Positions 49,891-59,939 of a stretch of 64,000 bases of DNA are shown here, in pieces. The stretch covers positions 1,376,001 through 1,440,000 of the forward strand of contig JBMNJT010000002.1 in NCBI GenBank assembly GCA_050951805.1, given 5' to 3'. The position numbers were made by a program, and so were the translations under genes. This DNA is from Bacillota bacterium. GTDB lineage: Bacteria; Bacillota; DTU025. The first letter of the stretch is position 1. Each line of letters begins with the position of its first letter. The notes beneath the pieces are model-generated. The model did not search any database. It worked only from the letters and a program-made list of their open reading frames with translations, and was not told where the DNA came from.

Positions 49891-50116
49891 CAGACGTGAA
49901 AGCATTTCGCGGGAACATATCCCGCAAGGACATCACTGACGTTTTCCGGAGGGCACCACAGGGACTATCTGATGGACGCGTCACTTGCCATAGAAACAAC
50001 GACTCACCAATAGGCCTCTGGCAACTCGCAAGACACACCTCAACCCAATTTGACTGAATCGTCCAGACTACAGGCAATGCAGCTACAGAATCGCGCAGAA
50101 TCCTGCTGATATTCGT

Positions 50117-50785
50117 CTACAGTAAGCAAACTCCGTTGATCTCCAGTTTGAATTCGCAATCAAGAACCTCGGCAGCGCGTCGGCACATCAACATGCGAGT
50201 AAGAAAGATCTCGAAATAGTCCATAACTGGGCATATCTCAGTGTCGATAGTCACCGTAAGCGTTATCAGACGCTGTTCCGCGTCGACTTCGAGAAATGAA
50301 CGCTCCGCAGCATATGACACCCTGTCATGTATGTCGAAGCTTGCGATGTCGCGCTTGCTCACTCGGGTTCTGTGGACATCGCTCTTGTCGGCCAGTATAA
50401 CCGCTGCTGCGACCTCGTTGACAGGGTGACCATATTCCTCCTCGTGATTGCCCACCGCAGCCATCACAATCGCGACTTCATCTGGATCCATTCCCATTCG
50501 GGTCAACACGCTCATCGCTATGAATGCGCTGCTCTGTCCATGATGGTCCCGTGAGACGGAATTACCTATATCGTGAAGATAACCCGCTATTCCCGCAAGT
50601 TCCGCAGTGCGTGCAGGGTAAACCAGCCTCTCCAGAACGTTATGAGCAATGCTTGATACCAAACCGGCATGTCTGTAGCCATGCTCTGTGAATCCTATCG
50701 CCGCCATGTTACGCATGGCGCACCTTATGAACGCATCTATCTCAGGATCTTGTTTTACATCTTTTAGAGTGATTTTCTTCTCCAA
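50117..50785 (-). CDS. HD-domain phosphohydrolase
   Basis: GFTEHGYRH, GYLHDIGN, GNHEE, LADKSDVHRTRV. Confidence 0.9.
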   Translation of the reverse strand: MEKKITLKDVKQDPEIDAFIRCAMRNMAAIGFTEHGYRHAGLVSSIAHNVLERLVYPARTAELAGIAGYLHDIGNSVSRDHHGQSSAFIAMSVLTRMGMDPDEVAIVMAAVGNHEEEYGHPVNEVAAAVILADKSDVHRTRVSKRDIASFDIHDRVSYAAERSFLEVDAEQRLITLTVTIDTEICPVMDYFEIFLTRMLMCRRAAEVLDCEFKLEINGVCLL

Positions 50786-50857
50786 CTCCTGTATAGCGCC
50801 TCCCTTCCTTTTCTTCTACAATCCGACTTTATCCCGATGCCGAAGTGTGCTCAAATT

Positions 50858-50887
50858 ATAAAACGGCCGCGCCAAGCCGACGCGGCC
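50858..50887 (-). terminator. Rho-independent terminator of the queA-tgt-yajC-ORF unit
   Basis: GGCCGCG/CGCGGCC stem followed by GTTTTAT. Confidence 0.55.
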
Positions 50888-50908
50888 CGGATATGCATTC
50901 GCTTAAAA

Positions 50909-51691
50909 CTAGATGTAATCGAATGCGTACTGGTCTATGGGTCCGAAGGGGATAAAGAGAGTCCATGAAAGGCTCTTTATGGTTCTGCCCGAAAACTTCG
51001 GATCTACACTCCAGAACGGCATTATCGCGTAGGTGCGCATCGCCACACCTTTCGGAAGTGGCTTCTCAGGTACAACAGCCGGGGGCTGCGCAAAGTATTT
51101 TCCCCGGATTGCGCCATCGGCTTCCACTACATAGAATGCCTCCAATGAAGGGTAGATCAAGCAGTTGTCGGGGCCGGACACATTCTCCACTATGAGATCG
51201 AACTTGATCTCAGGCGGTACCTCCAGCATTCCAACAACCCGAACTCGCACTCCCCCTATCTCCTTGGCCGTGGGAAACAGCCCTTTTCGATAGGAAAGCG
51301 ATATCCACTCTCCGCCAAGCATCTTATCGTCCACGACCCTGAAGCGTCCGGCAATGTCGCGCAGCTTGAGGTATCTGACTCTCAACTGACCGTCAGAATT
51401 CGTGTAGTAGACCTTGGCACGGACACTATCACCTAGGTTTGCGGTTTCCACGGCCGCAATAGAAACTATGCCGTCACTCTTGCCCTCGCGAGACCCAACA
51501 TATTCCACCCACGAGAGAGCTGCGTCGTCCGCAAGTTCCTCAGCACGCCGCCAGTCCCCTTCCTGGAAAGCCATGAGATACTCACGTGCCACCTCTTCAG
51601 CCGTGGCAGTGCTGGAAGCTCCAGCCGAGAAGGGAATCGCCACAAGCAAGATGAGCAAAGCGCCCAACGCCGTCCATCTCTTGCTAGTCAT
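50909..51691 (-). CDS. Secreted hypothetical protein
   Basis: Signal peptide (MTSKRW...AGA), RBS GAGGAGG; AEEVAREYLMAFQEGDWRRAEEL resembles an NTF2-like N-terminus. Confidence 0.75.
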   Translation of the reverse strand: MTSKRWTALGALLILLVAIPFSAGASSTATAEEVAREYLMAFQEGDWRRAEELADDAALSWVEYVGSREGKSDGIVSIAAVETANLGDSVRAKVYYTNSDGQLRVRYLKLRDIAGRFRVVDDKMLGGEWISLSYRKGLFPTAKEIGGVRVRVVGMLEVPPEIKFDLIVENVSGPDNCLIYPSLEAFYVVEADGAIRGKYFAQPPAVVPEKPLPKGVAMRTYAIMPFWSVDPKFSGRTIKSLSWTLFIPFGPIDQYAFDYI

Positions 51692-51724
51692 TATGTAGAG
51701 GCCTCCTCAAAATCGCCCTTCGTC

Positions 51725-52060
51725 CTATGAAATCTCCTCTTCCGTTTCCTTATCCTTGGCCACGTTATCCTTGCCCAGCACATCTTGGACTCCCCATTTG
51801 GCCACTCGCACAATCAACCGTTCGCCCTGGCTGGCGATATTGAGCAGCACTGCATCGTCCTTGATGTCGACTATCTCTCCGTATATTCCGCCAATTGTTG
51901 TTATCCTATTTCCCTTGCGCAATCCCGCAATCATCGCATCACGCTGCTGTTGCTGCTTCTTCTGTGGCCGGATTATCATGAAGTAGAAGAGCAACATCAG
52001 TACGACGAACGGGAGTAATGCTCCTAACAGGCTTGGGGCCTGCCCTGCTTGTGCTTCCAT
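51725..52060 (-). CDS. yajC: Preprotein translocase subunit YajC
   Basis: FYFMIIRPQKKQ, LRKGNRITTIGGIYG. Confidence 0.95.
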   Translation of the reverse strand: MEAQAGQAPSLLGALLPFVVLMLLFYFMIIRPQKKQQQQRDAMIAGLRKGNRITTIGGIYGEIVDIKDDAVLLNIASQGERLIVRVAKWGVQDVLGKDNVAKDKETEEEIS

Positions 52061-52097
52061 ACGCTGCTTACCTCCATTTTCCCATTCAGGTTGTGTC

Positions 52098-53252
<1,155 letters not shown>

Positions 53253-53273
53253 CTAACCGATGCAAGACAGGCA

Positions 53274-54296
53274 TCACAAGATGAGCATAGCATCGCCAAA
53301 TGAAAAAAAGCGATAGCGTTCAGCGACGGCCTCGCGATACGCGCTGAGTATGAACTCCCTGCCGGCAAAGGCTGATACCATCATCACCAGAGTCGACTTA
53401 GGAAGATGAAAGTTCGTAACCATGGCGTCGACTGCGCGAAAGGTGTATCCGGGATATATGAATATGCTTGTCCACCCCTCGCCCGGGGCGATGGTCCCGT
53501 CAGGCCGGGCAACAGTCTCCAACGTTCTAACGCTCGTTGTTCCAACCGCCACTACTCGGCCTCCCGAAGCTCTTGCCTCATTAATGGCATCTGCAGCTTC
53601 CTTCGATACATGATAGTGCTCTGAGTGCATTACGTGCTCCTCGACAACCTCTGTCTTTACAGGACGGAAAGTACCAAGCCCCACATGGAGAGTGACACGG
53701 ACGATTACGACTCCGCAGCTTGCGATCTCGTCCAAAAGCTCCGGCGTAAAATGAAGCCCTGCTGTTGGCGCCGCAGCAGAACCCCTCTCGCGGGCGTACA
53801 CAGTCTGATACCTCTCAGCGTCCTTCAGGTCAGTCTTTATGTAATGGGGCACGGGCATCTCCCCTATCTCATCAACCACCTTGTCAACGCCCTCGATCGC
53901 CTCAAACGACACCACGCGTCCCCCATATTCCGTCTTATCGAGAACAGTGCCGATCATGCGGCCCTTGCCAAATGACAGTTTTTCGCCGACATGAGCACGC
54001 TTACCCGGTCTCGCCAGGCATTCCCACACATCTGCCTCTATCTCCTGGAGCAGCAAGAGTTCTACTTTGCCGCCTGTGCTTCTCGTGCCCCAGAGCCTGG
54101 CCGGGATTACCCTTGTATCGTTCAGGACCAAGACATCGCCTGAATGCAGGAATTCTGGAAGGTCGCAGAAGCTCCTGTGCTCAATTGAGTTGTCCTCTCT
54201 TCTCAACACCATGAGCCGGGACGCATCCCTCCGCTCTATCGGTGTCTGCGCAATGAGTTCTTCAGGAAGCTCATAGTCGAAATCCTCTACCCTCAT
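53274..54296 (-). CDS. queA: S-adenosylmethionine:tRNA ribosyltransferase-isomerase
   Basis: [46 protein letters not shown]. Confidence 0.97.
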   Translation of the reverse strand: MRVEDFDYELPEELIAQTPIERRDASRLMVLRREDNSIEHRSFCDLPEFLHSGDVLVLNDTRVIPARLWGTRSTGGKVELLLLQEIEADVWECLARPGKRAHVGEKLSFGKGRMIGTVLDKTEYGGRVVSFEAIEGVDKVVDEIGEMPVPHYIKTDLKDAERYQTVYARERGSAAAPTAGLHFTPELLDEIASCGVVIVRVTLHVGLGTFRPVKTEVVEEHVMHSEHYHVSKEAADAINEARASGGRVVAVGTTSVRTLETVARPDGTIAPGEGWTSIFIYPGYTFRAVDAMVTNFHLPKSTLVMMVSAFAGREFILSAYREAVAERYRFFSFGDAMLIL

Positions 54297-54431
54297 ATGT
54301 ATATCCCTTCTCCGGCCCATCTGTGGCAGCCTCAAATCAGGACATTTGAACAGGCCGATCCGACCGCAGCTGCAAGCTGTCTACAGCCGCAACACTCGGC
54401 ATTTCCCGAGCTTGAAACGCCGTTAGCAACC

Positions 54432-55316
54432 TTACTCCGAATACCCCAGCCTGTCAAGGATAGCCTCGTCATCTCGCCATCCACGTCTCACTTTGACCCA
54501 TGTCTTCAAGTTGATCTGCGAACCAAGCAGGCGCTCAGCCTCAAGCCTGGCACGTGCGCCCGCCTCCTTCAGCACGCTACCGCCGGCCCCAATCACAATG
54601 CCTTTCTGAGATTCACGGTCAACGTATACGGTCGCACTTACATCAACGATATCCCGATCTTCCCTGGGGATCATCTCCTCAACTACCACAGCTATGGAAT
54701 GAGGCACCTCCTCGCGGGTCAACTCGAGAAGCTTCTCGCGAATGAGCTCAGCGATGAAAAACTCCTCCGGACGGTCTACAACCATATCGGGAGGATAGTA
54801 CATGGGCCCTTCAGGCATTGCATCGGCGATCTCACCAATGAAGCCCTCAAGATTCTCTCCTGTTTCCGCAGAGAGGATCTTGACGCGGTCAAACTCGCCA
54901 AGCGCACGGCAGGCGCGCTCTGAAACCGCCAACGTCTCCTCATCTACAAGGTCTTTCTTGTTTATGACGAGCCATGCAGGGGTCCCAAGATCCCTTATGT
55001 ACGACGCAACAGTCCTGTCGTCATCTCGGGCAGGAGACGTGGCATCAGTCACAAAGAGTATGAGATCTACCTCCTCCATAGCTGTTCTTGCGGCTTGGAC
55101 CATCCTTTTTCCAAGGCCGTGATGGGGTTTGTGTATTCCAGGCGTGTCAATGAAGATTACCTGCGCGTCAGGGAGATTGGCTATAGCATTTATCCGGTTT
55201 CGAGTTGTTTGACGCTTATCAGAAACTATCGAGACTTTGGTCCCGATCAGACGATTCAGAAGAGTCGACTTGCCTACATTAGGTTTGCCTACTATTGCTG
55301 TAAATCCCGACTTCAA
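54432..55316 (-). CDS. era: GTPase Era
   Basis: GKPNVGKST, QTTR, DTPG, NKKD, KH domain with EVPH and IVIG. Confidence 0.97.
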   Translation of the reverse strand: MKSGFTAIVGKPNVGKSTLLNRLIGTKVSIVSDKRQTTRNRINAIANLPDAQVIFIDTPGIHKPHHGLGKRMVQAARTAMEEVDLILFVTDATSPARDDDRTVASYIRDLGTPAWLVINKKDLVDEETLAVSERACRALGEFDRVKILSAETGENLEGFIGEIADAMPEGPMYYPPDMVVDRPEEFFIAELIREKLLELTREEVPHSIAVVVEEMIPREDRDIVDVSATVYVDRESQKGIVIGAGGSVLKEAGARARLEAERLLGSQINLKTWVKVRRGWRDDEAILDRLGYSE

Positions 55317-55757
55317 CTACTCCATATCCTCCGATGTGAAGGCCGCTGGAAGCAGCTCACGCACGGTCATAGTTGAACGCGCTTCACCTTCTCCGGCCAT
55401 GATTATTGGAATATCGAGACCAAACTCCGCCATGAACTGGCGACAGATCCCGCACGGGCTAATCGGTGTAGGCGTGTCTCCACACACCGCAACTCCAAGA
55501 AATCCCCTCTCCCCTTCAGAAATCGCCTTCACAAAAGCGGTCCGCTCTGCACATATGGTTCCGCCGTACGAAGCGTTCTCCACATTGCAGCCCGCATATA
55601 TCCGTCCGCTTTCAGCGAGGACTGCGGCCCCTACTCTGAAGCCCGAATACGGAACATAGGCCGCTTCCCGCGCCTCGCGTGCGGCCCGGACAAGCATTTC
55701 TTCAGCATCTGCTGACAGAACGCGCGCCTCATCTGTGCCTGTGGCACTGCCTGACAC
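55317..55757 (-). CDS. cdd: Cytidine deaminase
   Basis: AYVPYSGFRVGAA, CAERTA, PCGICRQ. Confidence 0.96.
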   Translation of the reverse strand: MSGSATGTDEARVLSADAEEMLVRAAREAREAAYVPYSGFRVGAAVLAESGRIYAGCNVENASYGGTICAERTAFVKAISEGERGFLGVAVCGDTPTPISPCGICRQFMAEFGLDIPIIMAGEGEARSTMTVRELLPAAFTSEDME

Positions 55758-55759
55758 TT

Positions 55760-56818
55760 TTATCCACCCCCGAGTTCACCTTGCCCAGAATTGATTTCAA
55801 CCATGTTCGCCTCCGACACGATCTGTACCCACGTATTCCCGGGGCACAGCTCTATCGGCGTCCCTGTTTCCGCAACATAAACCGCAGGATCAGTCGTGCC
55901 TGACAGACGTACCCACCGGCCGCACATCACTTCCCCCGCACTAAGCGCCACCACCTCTCCGGAACCAACAAGTTCCATAGAGAGCCTACCTTCGTCGTCG
56001 AGGACTCTAGTTGGCACTACCTCAATGATGACGTTTGCCGCAGCAATCTGCTGTCCGGTATTGGCATCCACATGAGGCTTCTTGTTGATTGAACGCAGCC
56101 ATAAACTCGTTTTTGCATCGTATTCCCATTGCACTGAGTATCCAGGCGAATACCTTATGGTCACTTCAATCGGATTGCTATTACCGCGAGCTTCCCGCTT
56201 TCGGAATACATATCCTGATTCCGCAAAATCCGTTCTATAACCCATTCGCCGAGCACAATCCAGAATTGACTCGGCCTTCGCATACAGATTATGTGGAACG
56301 CGCCTGGTGTTGTCGCGGTAGAAAGCGCTTCCCTGAACAAGCTCGTTGACAGATGGGTAATTCGACTCGGCAATAATGGCAAGAGCTTCCTGGCTGCCTC
56401 CACAATGGGCTAATACCGTTCCGTGGCCAGACGCGATGTCCACAATGTACGGGCGGACGCTTCTTATGGGGCCAATCTCGACAGATGAGCGACCTGAGTA
56501 GAAGGCAAGGAAGCGCGTAATGCCTCCCTCTGCCAACATCTCATAGACTATCGAGGCGGCTCCAAGACCACGCTGGGGCCTTGCAGCCGGCGCATTTTCG
56601 ATGACCGCGGCAAAGTACTCTGCATCCTGCAACGGCGGCAAGCCTGTCAGAGGATCGACCCGAATAGATTGATCTGCTTCGTCCTGGCGAAAAAACGACC
56701 CGGGCGATGCGCCCCTTCCGATACGCTTCGCCTCATGCCAAAACCTTATAAACGCTACTCCGGCAGTGATGACAAGAAAAACGACAAGCAAGATTTGCCA
56801 TCGCCGGGGCCTCACCAC
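55760..56818 (-). CDS. DUF3048 (YerB-like) membrane-anchored protein
   Basis: N-terminal TM; PLTG, IENAPAARPQRGL, YEMLAEGGITRF, GPIRSVR, PHNLY. Confidence 0.88.
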   Translation of the reverse strand: MVRPRRWQILLVVFLVITAGVAFIRFWHEAKRIGRGASPGSFFRQDEADQSIRVDPLTGLPPLQDAEYFAAVIENAPAARPQRGLGAASIVYEMLAEGGITRFLAFYSGRSSVEIGPIRSVRPYIVDIASGHGTVLAHCGGSQEALAIIAESNYPSVNELVQGSAFYRDNTRRVPHNLYAKAESILDCARRMGYRTDFAESGYVFRKREARGNSNPIEVTIRYSPGYSVQWEYDAKTSLWLRSINKKPHVDANTGQQIAAANVIIEVVPTRVLDDEGRLSMELVGSGEVVALSAGEVMCGRWVRLSGTTDPAVYVAETGTPIELCPGNTWVQIVSEANMVEINSGQGELGGG

Positions 56819-57930
56819 TGAAGGCCTCCCTTATGATACGCTGAAAGGACGAGGCTTGACTCGCGCTTTATCTCGAGCCGCTTTCCAGTTTTGGCAAACT
56901 CCGACGCCATCGGCCTAAGAGCCCGCTCAAGCGCGTATGGGTTTCCAACAGCGTATATACGTATTGGGTTAACTGCAACCGGCCGCTGGTTTACCAGAAC
57001 TATCGGACCTATGCATCTTATTGAAGAGGTAGAGATTATTCGCTCGCCCCCAACTTGGGCCCCACGGGCGCCTGCCGCAAAAAGCCTATCCAGAATCTCT
57101 GAAACATCCCTCTGATGGACGATCTCGTCAAAACCGTAGCCTGAAGGAGCATCATAAGCCAAGACTATCACGCCTTCACCCTCCAACTCAGAAAGTCCAG
57201 CGGCCTCTCTAATCTCGTCCATTTCTTCATGGATGGAGTCAATCTCACGGGCAAGCAAATCTGCTTGGGTTGCGAGATCGCCCGTATCAAAGGAGATTCC
57301 GGACTGGTCGATCACGACCTCGATGGCCGTAGGCGACCTGGCAATCAAAGGATCCGCGCTCAGAGCTTCGCGAGTGGCGGCTCCCAGGACGTTCTGCCTA
57401 TCTTGGACTTGCGATTCGGATGCCCCGGGGGTTATCAGGATGTACGCACCCTTCCCTGTGTAGCCTTGAACCCCACTGTCCGAACTGAGCAACTCCAGAA
57501 CCCGCCCTCTCGCGCTGGAAAGGCGATCCGACTGAACGGCCTCGTGAAGATCAGCAGCAGCCTGTGCAAGCTCACGCCCGATATCCTCAACGTTGCGCGC
57601 AGCAATCAAATTCTGGGCTGCAGCGGTCAGGACCGGCTCTGCACTCCCAATCCCCGCAAACTCGTCCCTTTCAAGCATTGTCCTTTGCATGTCCACGTAA
57701 CCCATGGCACCAAGCCTGGCCATGTCGAGCGCCGTCAACTCCCCAGGCAGTCTTATGAGTCCAACATATCGTCCTATGACAAGAGCGTCAAACAGAAGCA
57801 CAATCGACGCAAGCAAAAGCAGGGCAAGCCAATCGAGTTCGCCCATTCTGACAACTCTCGGCCTTCTTACCTTTCGCCACTTGACCGGTTGATCATTGGG
57901 CGCGGTACGGCGATAAGCTAATGTTGTCAT
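56812..57930 (-). CDS. DUF881 protein with long N-terminal extension
   Basis: TM; AGLSELEGEGVIV..DA, VHQRDV, LFAAGA, ERIISTSSIRCIGP.VLVN, IYAVGNP. Confidence 0.85.
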   Translation of the reverse strand: MTTLAYRRTAPNDQPVKWRKVRRPRVVRMGELDWLALLLLASIVLLFDALVIGRYVGLIRLPGELTALDMARLGAMGYVDMQRTMLERDEFAGIGSAEPVLTAAAQNLIAARNVEDIGRELAQAAADLHEAVQSDRLSSARGRVLELLSSDSGVQGYTGKGAYILITPGASESQVQDRQNVLGAATREALSADPLIARSPTAIEVVIDQSGISFDTGDLATQADLLAREIDSIHEEMDEIREAAGLSELEGEGVIVLAYDAPSGYGFDEIVHQRDVSEILDRLFAAGARGAQVGGERIISTSSIRCIGPIVLVNQRPVAVNPIRIYAVGNPYALERALRPMASEFAKTGKRLEIKRESSLVLSAYHKGGLQW

Positions 57931-58951
57931 ACCGCTCCACTTCCACTCTGATCCCCCATCGCTTGAGGGAGTTTTTTATCAGATCGAGGCTGCTCTCAAG
58001 CACCTGCGGATCTCCTACAGCCTTGATCACAACTGGGTTGACCGGTATCGGCTTCTGGTTTACAAGGATCTGCGGACCTGCAGAACGAATCGACGACGTG
58101 GCCACAAGCCTCTGCCCGCCGACCTCAATCCCTTGCGCTCCTGCAGCATACAGCTCGTTCACAGCGTCGCGAACATCCTTATCCTGCACTACTTCGTCAC
58201 TTGTAAACCCACCTTCAGCATCGTACATCGACACGAGAATACCCGAACCTGACAGCGCCGAATATCCCGCAGCACGCCTCAACTCATCCAGAGAAAGCCT
58301 GAGGGAGTCAGTCTCGTCGCGCAATAGGCGCACCCTATCTTGCATCGTTCGTGGGGTAATGACGTTTGCCTTGCCACCCGCGATTTCGATGTCTATCGGC
58401 GCGGCTAGATCAGTTAAGACTGGGCTCTTCTGAATTGCGTCTATTGCCGAAAGCGATAGGACGTGAGCGGTATCCTCAACTACGATCCTTCCATCCTGTC
58501 CTGCAGAGACGGTTATCATCGCCTGACCCGTAACCGCAATCACCTGCGGGTCGGAATTGACTATGGCGAGTACCGCCTCGCGCCTACGGTTCTCCTGCTC
58601 ACGCTCTATGACGTCGCCCGTTGCCCTTCCGTAGTATCCGATGATGTACGCGATGGACTCCGCGTCATTCGCCTTCGATACCTCGAACTTGAACTTGGCA
58701 AGAGCGTCCCTCACAGCCGTATTCCTATCAAGACCAAGCTTCACCGCTTGAGCCTCGTAGTAATCGGCAAGGGACATGGCCCCACGGCGAAGCAATTCCG
58801 TATTCGAGACCTCACCCGGAAAGCTAATGAGCTCTGCAGCACGGGCAAGTACCAGAATATTGACGAAGAGAAGAATTATTATTATTCCTGTAAGCCACTG
58901 TCTCTTCCTCCGAACCGACTTGGTCGTTTCAGCCTTCGATTTGGAAGCCAT
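57893..58951 (-). CDS. DUF881 protein with long N-terminal extension (paralog)
   Basis: TM; AGYSALSGSGILV..DA, VQDKDV..VNELYAAGA, QRLVATSSIRSAGP.ILVN, IKAVGDP. Confidence 0.85.
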   Translation of the reverse strand: MASKSKAETTKSVRRKRQWLTGIIIILLFVNILVLARAAELISFPGEVSNTELLRRGAMSLADYYEAQAVKLGLDRNTAVRDALAKFKFEVSKANDAESIAYIIGYYGRATGDVIEREQENRRREAVLAIVNSDPQVIAVTGQAMITVSAGQDGRIVVEDTAHVLSLSAIDAIQKSPVLTDLAAPIDIEIAGGKANVITPRTMQDRVRLLRDETDSLRLSLDELRRAAGYSALSGSGILVSMYDAEGGFTSDEVVQDKDVRDAVNELYAAGAQGIEVGGQRLVATSSIRSAGPQILVNQKPIPVNPVVIKAVGDPQVLESSLDLIKNSLKRWGIRVEVERYDNISLSPYRAQ

Positions 58952-58964
58952 GTAAACGCTCACC

Positions 58965-59357
58965 TCATCTCAACCGTGACAAGATTGCACTAAACATCTT
59001 AGGGCCGAGTATGATAGCTCCCACTATGGCCGCTCCAACAGCCGACACCAACACGGCGCCGGCAGCGACATTCTTTGCCTCAGCCGCCAGCGGATGATAT
59101 TCGCTGGTGACCAGATCCACGCAGTGCTCAATAGCAGTATTCACCATCTCCGCGGTAATAACCATTGCAACAGCTAAAGCGATTATGCCCGCCTCCTGGA
59201 CACTCAGCTTAAAAAGGATTGAGACTATTCCAACTGCTACAGCTGCGATCCAATGCACGCGAATATTCCGTTCGCTCCTGAACGCCTGTGAAATCCCTAT
59301 CCCGGCATACCTAAAGCTCTCGCGTAAATTGCGCGCTTTCAAAGCATCCGCCCCCAC
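58965..59357 (-). CDS. dgkA: Undecaprenol/diacylglycerol kinase DgkA
   Basis: SFRYAGIGI, ERNIRVH, EMVNTAIE..VD, AKNVAAGAV. Confidence 0.93.
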   Translation of the reverse strand: MGADALKARNLRESFRYAGIGISQAFRSERNIRVHWIAAVAVGIVSILFKLSVQEAGIIALAVAMVITAEMVNTAIEHCVDLVTSEYHPLAAEAKNVAAGAVLVSAVGAAIVGAIILGPKMFSAILSRLR

Positions 59358-59906
59358 CTAGCGCGGCAGGCCTATCCGGTTCATCACCGATTCCTCTAAC
59401 CCTCTCATGCGCGCCGCGTCCTCATCATTTTCGTGATCGTAGCCCGAAAGATGCAGTACGCCGTGGACTGTGAGGTAACAGACTTCCCTGGAGAGAGAAT
59501 GTCCGTAGTCTTTAGCCTGGCTCTCGGCGCGTTCCAGCGATATGACTATATCGCCTAAGAGAACGTCTTCTTCTGCCGCGAATTCGTAATCCATCCCCTC
59601 GTATTCAGTAGGAGGAATGACGTTGGGCCAATCAGGGCACTCCGTTATTTCAGCACACTCGTCGTCCGCAATCAGCGCGTCTGGATCCTCCAGGGGAAAG
59701 GAAAGGACATCCGTTGGAGCCTGTATCCCCCTGTAAGTTTCGTTCAATCGGGCAATTTCTGCGTCATCAACAAAGCTCACATCTACTTCATAGTTGTCGT
59801 CTCCTAAGACTGTCTGTAGCGCTATCAAAACCGCCTCCTCCACCTGGGCCTCTAGTTCATCTGTGACTTCGACTTTGTCTTGCCTGTTCAAGATCTCAGC
59901 AGGCAT
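59358..59906 (-). CDS. ybeY: rRNA maturation RNase YbeY
   Basis: LNETYRG...TDVLSFP, LGDIVIS, HGVLHLSGYDH. Confidence 0.96.
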   Translation of the reverse strand: MPAEILNRQDKVEVTDELEAQVEEAVLIALQTVLGDDNYEVDVSFVDDAEIARLNETYRGIQAPTDVLSFPLEDPDALIADDECAEITECPDWPNVIPPTEYEGMDYEFAAEEDVLLGDIVISLERAESQAKDYGHSLSREVCYLTVHGVLHLSGYDHENDEDAARMRGLEESVMNRIGLPR

Positions 59907-59939
59907 CTCCGTCCCCTCCGCATGCTTTTTCGGAGCACT

